From an uncultured Acetobacteraceae bacterium (lineage in GTDB: Bacteria; Pseudomonadota; Alphaproteobacteria; Acetobacterales; Acetobacteraceae), in assembly GCA_964245545.1 (NCBI GenBank), contig CAXTNN010000002.1:1-43962 (forward strand): a DNA stretch of 43,962 nucleotides, in the 5' to 3' direction. Below, piece after piece: positions 8,338-17,421 of the stretch (position 1 is its first letter; every line of letters begins with the position of its first letter). The notes under the pieces were generated by a model. The model was not told where the DNA came from, searched no databases, and saw only the letters and a program-made list of their open reading frames with translations. The position numbers were made by a program, and so were the translations under genes.

Positions 8338-9735
8338 TCATCCTTGTTGCGCGACCTCGTAGGCCACCGGTACGGCTTGCGGTCCCGGCGACCGGGCCGA
8401 AACCTCGGGATTGTCCAGCGCCTTGCGCCGTGTCTCGATGCCGAAGATGCCCACCACCGCGGCTTGCAGCAGCAGCGAGCCGGACAAGGTGAAGGTGATA
8501 CCGCCCAATCCGCCCAGCGCGAGGATCGGCGGAATCACGTACTGCACGCCGGACGAGGACAGCCGGCCAATTGCCCCGCACAGCCCGGCGCCGCGCAGCC
8601 GAAACCGCGTCTCGAACAGTTCCGGCACGTAGACGGTGAACGCGATGGTGTTCGCAAGGCCGAGGCACACCGCGAGCACGAAGGCCGTGACCAGGAATAC
8701 CGCGCCATGCGTGTACACCAGGCCCGCTCCGATGGCGGCGCCAACCGTGGAGAAGGCAACGATGCAGGGCTTGCGGCCGATCCGGTCGGTCAGCAGCGTA
8801 CCACCTAGGGCGCCCACCGTCTTGCCCAGCGCCAGCACCATGGAAATCTGCAGGGCCGAGCCCAGCGTCATGCCCTCCTTGACGAATACGGTCGGCAGCC
8901 ATTGCAGGAAGCCATACAGGGAGAAGTTGACCGTCACGTTGATCAGGATGCCGACAAGCGTGTTCCGCAGGACTCCCGAGGAGAACAGCACCCGCGACGA
9001 CATGGGCGCCACAGCGGCTTCGGCCGGGACGTAGGGCGGCAGCGGCCGACCCGCCGCCACTTCGCCCTCAATCCGTTCAAGCAGCGCCGCCGCTTCGGCG
9101 GACCGCCCTTTCGATTCGAGCCAGCGGGGCGACTCCGGCATGGACTTGCGCGCGAACCAGACCCCTACGGCGGCCAGGCCGGGGATCAAGAACATCGCCC
9201 GCCACCCGAACGCCGGTATGACGAAATAAGCGGTGACGAGCGAGATGAAGAACGAGAAGTTCACGACCATGGCGATGGCCGTCATGACCTTGCCGCGGCT
9301 CTCCTTGGGCAGGAACTCAGCCAGCGTACCGTAGCCGACGACAATCTCCGCCCCAAGGCCGAGGCCCATGAAGAAGCGGCAAACGATCAGCAGGTCCATG
9401 TTCGGTGCGAAGGCGCCTGCGATGGAAGCGAAGCCGAACAGGGCGAGGTTCGCCTGGTAGCAAAAGCGCCGGCCAAAGCGGTCTCCTAGGACTCCCGCCA
9501 GCCACGCACCGCAGACCAGGCCTGCCAGGGTGACGGACACGAACGTCGCGTTCAGCGCCAGGGTGGACCACCCCGTCTGCACCAACGCCGCGAGCACCCC
9601 GCCACCCGAGTAGAGCTCGAATGCATCGATGAACAGCCCGGCCGTGATCAGCGCCACCAGCCGGTAGTGCCAGCCCGACATGGGCAGCCGGTCCATGCGC
9701 GGCCCGGCGTTTGGACTGCGGATCGTCTCGCTCAT
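8338..9735 (-). CDS. MFS transporter (aromatic acid/metabolite:H+ symporter-like)
   Basis: About 12 hydrophobic segments; GDRFGRR motif A, EFLPKESRG, PESPRWL, ELFETRFR. Confidence 0.92.
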   Translation of the reverse strand: MSETIRSPNAGPRMDRLPMSGWHYRLVALITAGLFIDAFELYSGGGVLAALVQTGWSTLALNATFVSVTLAGLVCGAWLAGVLGDRFGRRFCYQANLALFGFASIAGAFAPNMDLLIVCRFFMGLGLGAEIVVGYGTLAEFLPKESRGKVMTAIAMVVNFSFFISLVTAYFVIPAFGWRAMFLIPGLAAVGVWFARKSMPESPRWLESKGRSAEAAALLERIEGEVAAGRPLPPYVPAEAAVAPMSSRVLFSSGVLRNTLVGILINVTVNFSLYGFLQWLPTVFVKEGMTLGSALQISMVLALGKTVGALGGTLLTDRIGRKPCIVAFSTVGAAIGAGLVYTHGAVFLVTAFVLAVCLGLANTIAFTVYVPELFETRFRLRGAGLCGAIGRLSSSGVQYVIPPILALGGLGGITFTLSGSLLLQAAVVGIFGIETRRKALDNPEVSARSPGPQAVPVAYEVAQQG

Positions 9736-9802
9736 CTGGACTTAACCCTTCCCCGTTTTTGTTGTTCTGGTTACTGGCCTTCTATGAAGGCGTGGGATGC
9801 TC

Positions 9803-11209
9803 CTACTCCGCCGCATCCGACAGGGCGGTGACGGGCTGGGTAGTGGCCGAGGCGGCGCGTGTCACGACAGGGCGGTCGAGGCCCAAGTTCTCGCGCAGCG
9901 TGGTCCCGGCATAGTCCTCGTGGAACAGGCGGCGGCGTTGCAGCTCGGGCACCACGAGGCGACCGAAATCCTCGTAGGCGCCAGGTCGATGCGTCGCGGA
10001 CAGGATGAAGCCGTCGCACGCTTCACCGGTGAACCAGGCTTCCAGCTCGTCCGCCACGTCCTTCGGCGTGCCGCAGAAGACCGGGCTTTCGTTGATGGTG
10101 CCCCGCTTGCTGAAAGTGATGAAGTCCTGCGGCGTCGGGTTGCTCTTGCCGCTGCGCTCGACCACGCGGCCCTTCAGGCCCAGGTTGATGCCGACCTTCG
10201 CCATCTGCGCGTCGCTCAACGGCTGCTCGAGCGGCACGGTGGCAAAATCGAAGTTCGTCACCTCGGAAATCAGCGTCAGGCTGTCCTCCGGAATCGCGAG
10301 CGCCTCGATGGCCGCGCGCTTTTCCTGCGCGGCCGAGCGCGTTTCCCCGATCACGGTGTAGATCGACCCGGCGAGCTTTACCTTGTCCGGATCCCGCCCA
10401 GCGTTGGATACCGCGTCCTTCAGCTCGCGCAACTGCTTGCGCGCGCCGTCCATCGTCTTGAGCGAGGCGAAGATCACCTCGCCCCACCGGGCGGCGAACG
10501 CCAGCCCGCGCCCGCTCTGCCCCGCTTGCATGATGACGGGATGGCCCTGCGGCGAACGCGGCACGGTGAAGGGGCCGCGCGACTTGAACCATCGGCCGGC
10601 GTGGTTCAGCGCCTGCACCTTGGCCGGGTCGGCGAAGAAGCCCGCTTCCTTGTCGGCAACGATGGCGTCGTCCGCCCAGGTGGCCCAGTGGCCCATGACC
10701 ACCTCGATGAACTCGTCGGCGCGGTCGTAGCGCAGGTCGTGCTCCAGGTGTTCGTCCTGGCCGAAGTTGGCGGCCTCGGAGTCGTTCAAGGACGTGACCA
10801 CGTTCCAGGCCGCGCGGCCTTCCAGCATGAGGTCGAGCGTCGCGAAGGTACGCGCCACGTGGAACGGCTCGTAATAAGTCGTGGAATAGGTGCCGCCTAA
10901 CCCGAGACGGCTGGTCGCCATGCCCATCGCGGTCAGCAGCGGGATCAGATCCATCTTCACTGTGCGGATGCCGTGCCGCACGGCCGGCGCGTAATCGCCG
11001 CTGAGGTCGGGCATCGCCAGGCGGTCGTCGAAGAACGCCATATGGAACTTGCTTTCTTCAAGCGTGCGGGCGATGCGCTGGTAGTGCTTGGCCGAGAGGA
11101 AGTCCGGCATGGCGGCCGGGTGGCGCCACGAGCCGGGATAGTTGGAGCAGTTCTGGGCTTGGAGGAAGGCGATCATCGCCATGCCGCCGCGGCGCAGGTT
11201 GCGGTCCAT
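9803..11209 (-). CDS. LLM-class FMN-dependent monooxygenase, NtaA/DmoA/SoxA family
   Basis: FFDDRLAM, YSTTYYEPFHVARTFATLD, GRAAWNVVTS, HDLRYDRADEF, PQGHPVIMQAGQS, VVPELQRR...TLRENLGL. Confidence 0.93.
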   Translation of the reverse strand: MDRNLRRGGMAMIAFLQAQNCSNYPGSWRHPAAMPDFLSAKHYQRIARTLEESKFHMAFFDDRLAMPDLSGDYAPAVRHGIRTVKMDLIPLLTAMGMATSRLGLGGTYSTTYYEPFHVARTFATLDLMLEGRAAWNVVTSLNDSEAANFGQDEHLEHDLRYDRADEFIEVVMGHWATWADDAIVADKEAGFFADPAKVQALNHAGRWFKSRGPFTVPRSPQGHPVIMQAGQSGRGLAFAARWGEVIFASLKTMDGARKQLRELKDAVSNAGRDPDKVKLAGSIYTVIGETRSAAQEKRAAIEALAIPEDSLTLISEVTNFDFATVPLEQPLSDAQMAKVGINLGLKGRVVERSGKSNPTPQDFITFSKRGTINESPVFCGTPKDVADELEAWFTGEACDGFILSATHRPGAYEDFGRLVVPELQRRRLFHEDYAGTTLRENLGLDRPVVTRAASATTQPVTALSDAAE

Positions 11210-11267
11210 CCACGTTCCTCCGGTATTATTCGAGCGAACCTACCCGGACCTAGCCCAGCCGCCGCAA

Positions 11268-11303
11268 ATCGAATCCCTCTATAGGGCGCAAAGGAGATTC
11301 TAT
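11268..11303. promoter_or_regulatory. LysR-type motif in the divergent monooxygenase/AtuA promoter
   Basis: ATCG-N7-CTATAG...AGATTCTAT, with the same layout and 21-bp CTAT spacing as the 2329-2364 site. Confidence 0.55.
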
Positions 11304-11383
11304 GGCAGCTCCGGGAGGCGCCACGTCATAGTGCCCCTCAAGCGCCCGGCTTGGCCGGCGACAAACGGTCTGGGGTCGGGAAC

Positions 11384-12757
11384 ATGAGCGGTGCCAAAGC
11401 CGAGTTTAAAATCCTCACCCCCGCAGGCATTATCGGCTACGGCATCCCGGCCGAGCACTTCTGGCGCGGAGTGGAGCGTGAACCGGACGCCATGATCGTC
11501 GATGCCGGGTCCACGGACCCCGGCCCCTACCTGCTCGGCCTCGGCAAGACCATCGTGGACCGCCAGGGCTACCTGCGCGACCTGGGGCTCGTGTTGCAGG
11601 CGGCGGCCGAGCGCCGCATCCCGCTCATCATCAGTTCCGCGGGTGGGCCGGGGATCGACGCCCACGTGGACGGCACCATCGCCATCATCCAAGAGATCGC
11701 CAGCGCCAAGGGCTATCGGTTCAAGGTGGCCGCCATCTACGCCAACATCGACAAGGCCGTGATCCACGCGCGCCTCGATGCCGGGCGCGTGACCGAGTGT
11801 GGGCCGTCCGGCACACTGACGCACGAGGCCGTGGACCAGACGGTGCAGGTCGTGGCGCAGATGGGGGCCGAGCCCTTCGCGCGGGTGCTGGACGAGCATC
11901 CGGACGTGGACATCATCGTGTCCGGCCGCGCCTATGACCCGGCGCCGCACGCTGGGTTCTGCATGCGGCACGGCATTGACCCCGGCGTGTACTGGCACAT
12001 GGGCAAGATCGTCGAATGCGGCGCGGTCTGTGCCGAGCCGAAGGGCCGCGTGATCCTGGCGACCGTGCGGCCGGACAGCTTCGACCTCGAACCCATGAAC
12101 CCCGCCGAACGCTGCACCCCGGCCTCCGTCGCCGCCCACACGTTGTATGAGAAAACCCGACCCGACCTCCTGTCCGGCCCCGGAGGCGTGCTGGACCTGC
12201 GCGGCTCCCGCTACGAGGCGCTCGACGACCGCCGCGTGCGCGTCAGCGGCAGCGTGTTCCGGCCGTCAAACAAGTACAGCGTGAAGCTGGAAGGGGCCGC
12301 GATCGTCGGCCACCGCTGCATCTTCATCGGCGGCATCCGCGACCCGATCCTGCTCGGACAGCTCGACAGCTTCCTGGAGAACGTGCGAGGGCGCGTGGCG
12401 GGGTTCTTCCCGGAGCTGGATTCGGGCGAGGCCAGCCTGATCTTCCACTGCTACGGCCGGGACGCCGTGATGGGGCCGCTTGAGCCGAACCGCCACAAGG
12501 TGCCGCACGAGGTGGGGCTGCTGGGCGAGGTGACCGCGCCCACGCAGGACCAGGCCAACGCCATCTGCTCCCAAGCGCGCATCACAGTGCTGCACATGCC
12601 CTACCCGGGCCAGCTCGCGACCGCCGGCAACTTCGCCCTCCCGCTGAACCCGCCGGAAAACCCGATCGGCCCCGTGTGCCGCTTCAGCATCTATCACCTT
12701 ATGGAGGTGGACAGCCCGCACGAGCTGTTCCCCGTCCGGTTGATGGAGGTCTGCTGA
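11384..12757 (+). CDS. Acyclic terpene utilisation AtuA-like protein
   Basis: ATG 11384; GIIGYG, DAGSTDPGPY, VAQMGAEP, GRAYDPA, GKIVECG, SVAAHTLYE, as seen in AtuA-like proteins paired with DUF4387. Confidence 0.85.
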   Translation: MSGAKAEFKILTPAGIIGYGIPAEHFWRGVEREPDAMIVDAGSTDPGPYLLGLGKTIVDRQGYLRDLGLVLQAAAERRIPLIISSAGGPGIDAHVDGTIAIIQEIASAKGYRFKVAAIYANIDKAVIHARLDAGRVTECGPSGTLTHEAVDQTVQVVAQMGAEPFARVLDEHPDVDIIVSGRAYDPAPHAGFCMRHGIDPGVYWHMGKIVECGAVCAEPKGRVILATVRPDSFDLEPMNPAERCTPASVAAHTLYEKTRPDLLSGPGGVLDLRGSRYEALDDRRVRVSGSVFRPSNKYSVKLEGAAIVGHRCIFIGGIRDPILLGQLDSFLENVRGRVAGFFPELDSGEASLIFHCYGRDAVMGPLEPNRHKVPHEVGLLGEVTAPTQDQANAICSQARITVLHMPYPGQLATAGNFALPLNPPENPIGPVCRFSIYHLMEVDSPHELFPVRLMEVC

Positions 12758-13074
12758 TGCGCAACAGCAGACTTCAGGACCTTGCCAAGGTCATCCGCAG
12801 CAAGAACTCCGGTCCGTTCGAAATCACCTTCGACGTGATCTTTGACGACGAGGCGATCTACCGGCAGGTCAAGCAAAGCGGTGCGCTGGATGAGGTAAAG
12901 GTGGGCAGCCTGTTCAACGTCCCGCCGGAAGACATCATTGTCTGCATGTTCTTCGACCCGGCCATGGCGTTCAAGCTGACGCTGCGCCGGCCCTGGGCGC
13001 AGGGCAGCGTGGGCGAGCGCGACACGTTCGGCGCGCAGCAGCACGCGCCGCTGCTGGACGTCGTCGTGCCTTGA
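12757..13074 (+). CDS. DUF4387 domain protein
   Basis: LAKVIRSKNSGPFEITFDVIF...GERDTFGAQQHAPLL signature. TGATG overlap with the AtuA-like gene. Confidence 0.85.
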   Translation: MRNSRLQDLAKVIRSKNSGPFEITFDVIFDDEAIYRQVKQSGALDEVKVGSLFNVPPEDIIVCMFFDPAMAFKLTLRRPWAQGSVGERDTFGAQQHAPLLDVVVP

Positions 13075-14045
13075 AGGCTTCGCCGTCCGCAGTCCCTGGC
13101 GAGTCGCCGCCAAACACGATGGAGTTCGACACCAAGAGCCTGCGCACCGCCTTCGGCGCCTTCGCGACAGGCGTCACGATCGTGACCGCGCGCGGCTCGG
13201 ACGGCGCCGACGCCGGGCTGACAGCCAACAGCTTCTCGTCGCTGTCGTTGCAGCCACCGATGGTGCTGTGGAGCCTTTCGAAGACATCCTCCAGCATCGA
13301 CGTATTCCGGGACAGCGCACATTTCGCCGTGCACGTGCTCTCCGCCGAGCAGGAGGCGCTCTCGACGCGGTTCGCAACAAAAGACATCGAGCGGTTTGCG
13401 GGCGTATCAGTGGACCGCGGACCTGACTCAATCCCCATGCTGCGCGATTGTGCGGCCCGGTTCATCTGTCGAACGACCCACCGGCACGAGGGCGGCGACC
13501 ACGTCATCTTCGTGGGCCAAGTTCTCGACTTCACCCATGCCGGCCATCCGCCCTTGGTGTTCCATGGCGGCCGCTACGGCATGGTGCTCCGCAAGGAAGC
13601 GAACCAGCCGGCTCCGCCGAGCGCTCTGGGAAGCAGCCTGTCCCCGAACGACCTGCTGTATCATGTCTCGAACGCCTACTTCCGGATCCGCCGGGCCGGC
13701 ATCGAGGACATCCAGCGGCGCGGGTGGGCCGGCGAGGACTACGCCACGCTGAGCCTGCTGGGCCGCGAGGGCGGGCTGCGTTTCAGCGAGATCGCCACGC
13801 GCATTGAAGCCCGAGGCCGGGCCGTTACTCCGGAGACGGTCGTGCGCCTAGCCGAGCGCGGCCTGATCAACATCGTGCTTCCGGTGAGTAAAGACACTGA
13901 GGTGTCGCTGACCCTGAAAGGCCGCCAAGCCATGGTGGAGGTCATCGCGATCCATACGGCGAGCGAGGCGCAAGTTTTGGAAAGCTTCGACCCGAGCGAA
14001 GTGCAATTGCTGAAGCAGCTCCTGCGCCGCCTAGGAGAAGTATAG
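13071..14045 (+). CDS. Flavin reductase (HpaC/DIM6-NTAB family) with C-terminal MarR-like domain
   Basis: FGAFATGVTIVT, TANSFSSLSLQPP, GGDH, LVFHGGRY, then about 130 aa of winged-helix-like tail (LTLKGR). Start is TTG 13071 or ATG 13119. Confidence 0.88.
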   Translation: MKASPSAVPGESPPNTMEFDTKSLRTAFGAFATGVTIVTARGSDGADAGLTANSFSSLSLQPPMVLWSLSKTSSSIDVFRDSAHFAVHVLSAEQEALSTRFATKDIERFAGVSVDRGPDSIPMLRDCAARFICRTTHRHEGGDHVIFVGQVLDFTHAGHPPLVFHGGRYGMVLRKEANQPAPPSALGSSLSPNDLLYHVSNAYFRIRRAGIEDIQRRGWAGEDYATLSLLGREGGLRFSEIATRIEARGRAVTPETVVRLAERGLINIVLPVSKDTEVSLTLKGRQAMVEVIAIHTASEAQVLESFDPSEVQLLKQLLRRLGEV

Positions 14046-14091
14046 GTTCTGACGCACCGTCCAAACTGGAATAATAAAAAGTGAGGAAAAG

Positions 14092-15393
14092 ATGCTTATC
14101 AGGCTTCGCCACCAGGCTCTGGGAATACTGTTTATGGCGGGGATCGTTAATTACATGGACAGGGCTGCATTCTCCATCGCGGCGCCGATCTTATCGCGGG
14201 ACCTGCAGCTAAATCCGGCACAGCTCGGACTTGTCTTCAGCAGCTTCTTCATCGGCTATGCATTGTTCGCCCTGGTCGGGGGGTGGGCGTCGGATCGCCA
14301 TGGTGCCCGCTTGGTCCTCGCCACGGCGATGACCTCTTGGTCGTTGTTCTGCGGGCTGACGGCCACCGCGATCGGGTTCGCCTCGCTGCTGCTCATCCGC
14401 ATTCTGTTCGGGATGAGCGAAGGCCCGCTTCCCTCGGCGCAGAACAAGTTCGTCAGCAACTGGTTTCCGCGCGGCGAACAGGCCCGGGCACTCGGCGTCG
14501 CACTTGCCGGAGCGCCACTCGGCGGCGTGGTCGCTGCTCCGTTATTCGGGTTCATCGCGGCGGACTACGGCTGGCGGGCCACGTTCGTCGTCGCCGCCTT
14601 GATTGGCTTGGTCGTCGCCTGTGTCTGGCTACTCACCACCACCAACCATCCGTATGACCATCCCCGTCTTAGCGCGATGGAGCGTGCCGAACTCGACGCG
14701 CGAACAGTTGTCGCTGCTTCGGCCGGCGGCCCAGCTCCCCTATTCAGTACTATTGCCCGGCCCGAGGTGCTCGCCACCGCCTTCGCCTTTTTCGGTTATG
14801 CTTACCTGCTGTTCTTCTTCCTGTCCTGGTTCCCGACCTATCTCACAGATGAGCAACACCTCAGCATCAAGAGCATGAGCGTGGTCGCGGCCATTCCCTG
14901 GGTGCTCGGCGTTATTGGCAACCTGGTCGGCGGCTGGATTCTGGACACGGCATACCGCCGCACGGGTCGGACCTTGCAAGCGCGCAAGAGCATTCTGGTC
15001 GTCTGCTTGCTGCTTGCGGCTGCTTTCGTGGCGCTCGCGGGCACTGTCCATGGACTCAGCAGCGCGGTCGCGCTTATGGCCGTGTCGGTGTTCTTTCTCT
15101 ACATTACAGGGCCCACCTACTTCGCCATCATCATCGACCTAGTGGACGCGCCGCGGGTCGGAGCAGCCAGCGGCTTCGTCCATTTCAGCGCCGCCCTCGC
15201 CGGCATCATCGCTCCATCCATTACCGGCTTTATGGTGCAGTCGTCGGGTAGCTTCGCTGGGGCTTTCATCCTAGCGGGTGTAGTTGCTTCACTGGGAGCG
15301 CTAAGCATTTGGGCTATCGTTCGCGTTCCTGTAAGTCTCGCCCAACCGGGCACGACGGCTCCCCGCCCGGTGCCCGGAGCGCCGATGGCGTGA
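14092..15393 (+). CDS. MFS transporter, anion:cation symporter (ACS) family
   Basis: NYMDRAAFSIAAP, SSFFIGYA, GWASDRHG, WFPRGEQ, WFPTYL. Confidence 0.92.
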   Translation: MLIRLRHQALGILFMAGIVNYMDRAAFSIAAPILSRDLQLNPAQLGLVFSSFFIGYALFALVGGWASDRHGARLVLATAMTSWSLFCGLTATAIGFASLLLIRILFGMSEGPLPSAQNKFVSNWFPRGEQARALGVALAGAPLGGVVAAPLFGFIAADYGWRATFVVAALIGLVVACVWLLTTTNHPYDHPRLSAMERAELDARTVVAASAGGPAPLFSTIARPEVLATAFAFFGYAYLLFFFLSWFPTYLTDEQHLSIKSMSVVAAIPWVLGVIGNLVGGWILDTAYRRTGRTLQARKSILVVCLLLAAAFVALAGTVHGLSSAVALMAVSVFFLYITGPTYFAIIIDLVDAPRVGAASGFVHFSAALAGIIAPSITGFMVQSSGSFAGAFILAGVVASLGALSIWAIVRVPVSLAQPGTTAPRPVPGAPMA

Positions 15394-15403
15394 GATCACA
15401 CCT

Positions 15404-16129
15404 GTGACTGGACAAACCAGCCGGACATACGTCCTGGTGCATGGCGGTTTTCACGGGGGCTGGTGCTGGAGCCGCGTCGCGGACCGGCTGGCAGCGAGCG
15501 GGCACCGTGCATACACCCCCACGAACACCGGCCTCGGCGAGCGCAAGCACCTGCTCAGCAAGGAGATCACGCTTGAGACCTTCATCGAGGACATTCTGAA
15601 CGTGATCGACGCCGAGGAACTGGAACGCATTTACCTGGTGGGACACAGCTTCGGCGGACGTACGGTAGCGGGCGTCGCGGACCGGGTGCCAGAGCGGATC
15701 GCCAGACTCGTGTTCCTGGATGCGAATGCGGTTGTGCCTGGCCGTTCCGCCATGGACGGGCTTAGCCCGGCCGTCCGCGACGAACGTCTAGACGCGGCAC
15801 GGGAGCGGAACGGCGGCCTGGCGTTTGCCGTGCCGCCGGCCGAGAGCTTCGGCGTGACGATTGCGGATGATGCCGCGTGGTTGACACGGCGGATGACACC
15901 GCATCCAGTCAGTAGTTACGCGACACCGATCCGTCTCGACCATCCGGTCGGAAACGGCCTGCCCTGCACGTATATTCGCTGCACGCAGCCGTTCTATCCC
16001 GGCGTGGACGCGGGCGGGGCGTATGCCAAGTCCAGGCCTGATTGGCAGTACCTGGAAATCGCGACCGGGCACGATGCCATGGTGACGGCGCCCGAGGCGC
16101 TGACTGACCTGCTGCTCGACCTTGGCTGA
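15404..16129 (+). CDS. Alpha/beta hydrolase (methylesterase-like)
   Basis: LVHGGFHGGWCW, nucleophile GHSFG, TGHDAM catalytic His. Confidence 0.9.
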   Translation: MTGQTSRTYVLVHGGFHGGWCWSRVADRLAASGHRAYTPTNTGLGERKHLLSKEITLETFIEDILNVIDAEELERIYLVGHSFGGRTVAGVADRVPERIARLVFLDANAVVPGRSAMDGLSPAVRDERLDAARERNGGLAFAVPPAESFGVTIADDAAWLTRRMTPHPVSSYATPIRLDHPVGNGLPCTYIRCTQPFYPGVDAGGAYAKSRPDWQYLEIATGHDAMVTAPEALTDLLLDLG

Positions 16130-16143
16130 GCAGGAACAGGTTA

Positions 16144-17421
16144 GTGCTTGAACCGCAATCTTCTGGAGCATTGGCGGGCATCCGCGTGCTCGACCTCAGC
16201 CGCGTCCTGGCCGGACCGTGGTGTGGACAGACGTTGGCTGACCTCGGCGCGGAGGTGGTCAAGATCGAGCGGCCCGGCAGTGGCGACGACACGCGCGGTT
16301 GGGGGCCGCCGTTCATGCCGGGCTCGGACGGGATGCGGACGCAGGAGGCGGCGTATTACCAGTCGGCCAACCGCGGCAAGCTGTCGGTTGCGATCAACGT
16401 CGCCACCTCGGAAGGGCAGGATCTTGTCCGAGCGCTCGCGGCAGACAGCGACGTGGTGATTGAGAACTACAAGGCCGGGTCGCTGGAAAGATATGGGCTT
16501 GACTACGCGAGCCTGGCGGCGGTCAACCCGGGACTGGTGTACTGCTCGGTGACGGGGTTCGGGCAGACGGGGCCGCGTGCTGCCGAGCCAGGGTACGACT
16601 TCATCATCCAGGGCATGGGCGGCCTGATGAGCATCACCGGCGAGCGGAACGACCGTCCGGGTGGCGGCCCACAGAAGGTCGGCGTCGCCTTTGCCGATCT
16701 GATGACCGGCATGTACGCGACCGTCGCCATCCAGGCCGCGCTGATGAGCCGGGCCCGGACCGGGCGGGGGCAATATTGCGACATCGCGCTGCTCGATGTG
16801 CAGATCGCGAGCCTGGGCAACCAGGGCATGAACTACCTGGCATCGGGCAGGGTGCCGGGGAGGTATGGCAACGCACATGCCAACATCGTCCCCTACCAAG
16901 TGTTCGACGCGAGCGACGCCCAGTTCGTCGTCGCCTGCGGCAACGACAGCCAGTTCGCGGCGTTGTGCGACGCGATCGGCTTGCCGACCCTGTCGCATGA
17001 TCCACGGTTCACCCGCAATTCCGGCCGGGTGGAGCACCGGGAGCAGATCGTCGCGATCCTGGCCGGGCACTTCCAAACGGGATCAGCGGGGGAGTGGATC
17101 GGCCGTATCCATGCTGCGGGGGTGCCGGTCGGCGCGATCAACGACGTCGCGCAGGCCTTGCAGGAACCGCAGGTGCAGGCGCGCGGCATGCTGGTGGGGA
17201 TCCCCCACCCGCTCAACCCGGACTTCGTCAGCCTTGGCAGCCCGATCAAACTGTCCGGCACGCCGGTGCAATACGTCCGTCCGCCGCCGATGCTGGGCGA
17301 GCACACAGACGCAGTGCTGCGCGACCGGCTTGGCTTGTCGGGTGAACGACTGGACCGCCTGGAGCAAGCGGGCGTGATCGGGCGCCTCGAACCCACCCAT
17401 ACACCTCGGAGATCAACATGA
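16144..17421 (+). CDS. CaiB/BaiF family III CoA-transferase
   Basis: LDLSRVLAGPWCGQTLADLGAEVVKIERP, GDDTRGWGPP, NRGK, GYDFIIQG, catalytic Asp in GVAFAD. Confidence 0.95.
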   Translation: MLEPQSSGALAGIRVLDLSRVLAGPWCGQTLADLGAEVVKIERPGSGDDTRGWGPPFMPGSDGMRTQEAAYYQSANRGKLSVAINVATSEGQDLVRALAADSDVVIENYKAGSLERYGLDYASLAAVNPGLVYCSVTGFGQTGPRAAEPGYDFIIQGMGGLMSITGERNDRPGGGPQKVGVAFADLMTGMYATVAIQAALMSRARTGRGQYCDIALLDVQIASLGNQGMNYLASGRVPGRYGNAHANIVPYQVFDASDAQFVVACGNDSQFAALCDAIGLPTLSHDPRFTRNSGRVEHREQIVAILAGHFQTGSAGEWIGRIHAAGVPVGAINDVAQALQEPQVQARGMLVGIPHPLNPDFVSLGSPIKLSGTPVQYVRPPPMLGEHTDAVLRDRLGLSGERLDRLEQAGVIGRLEPTHTPRRST

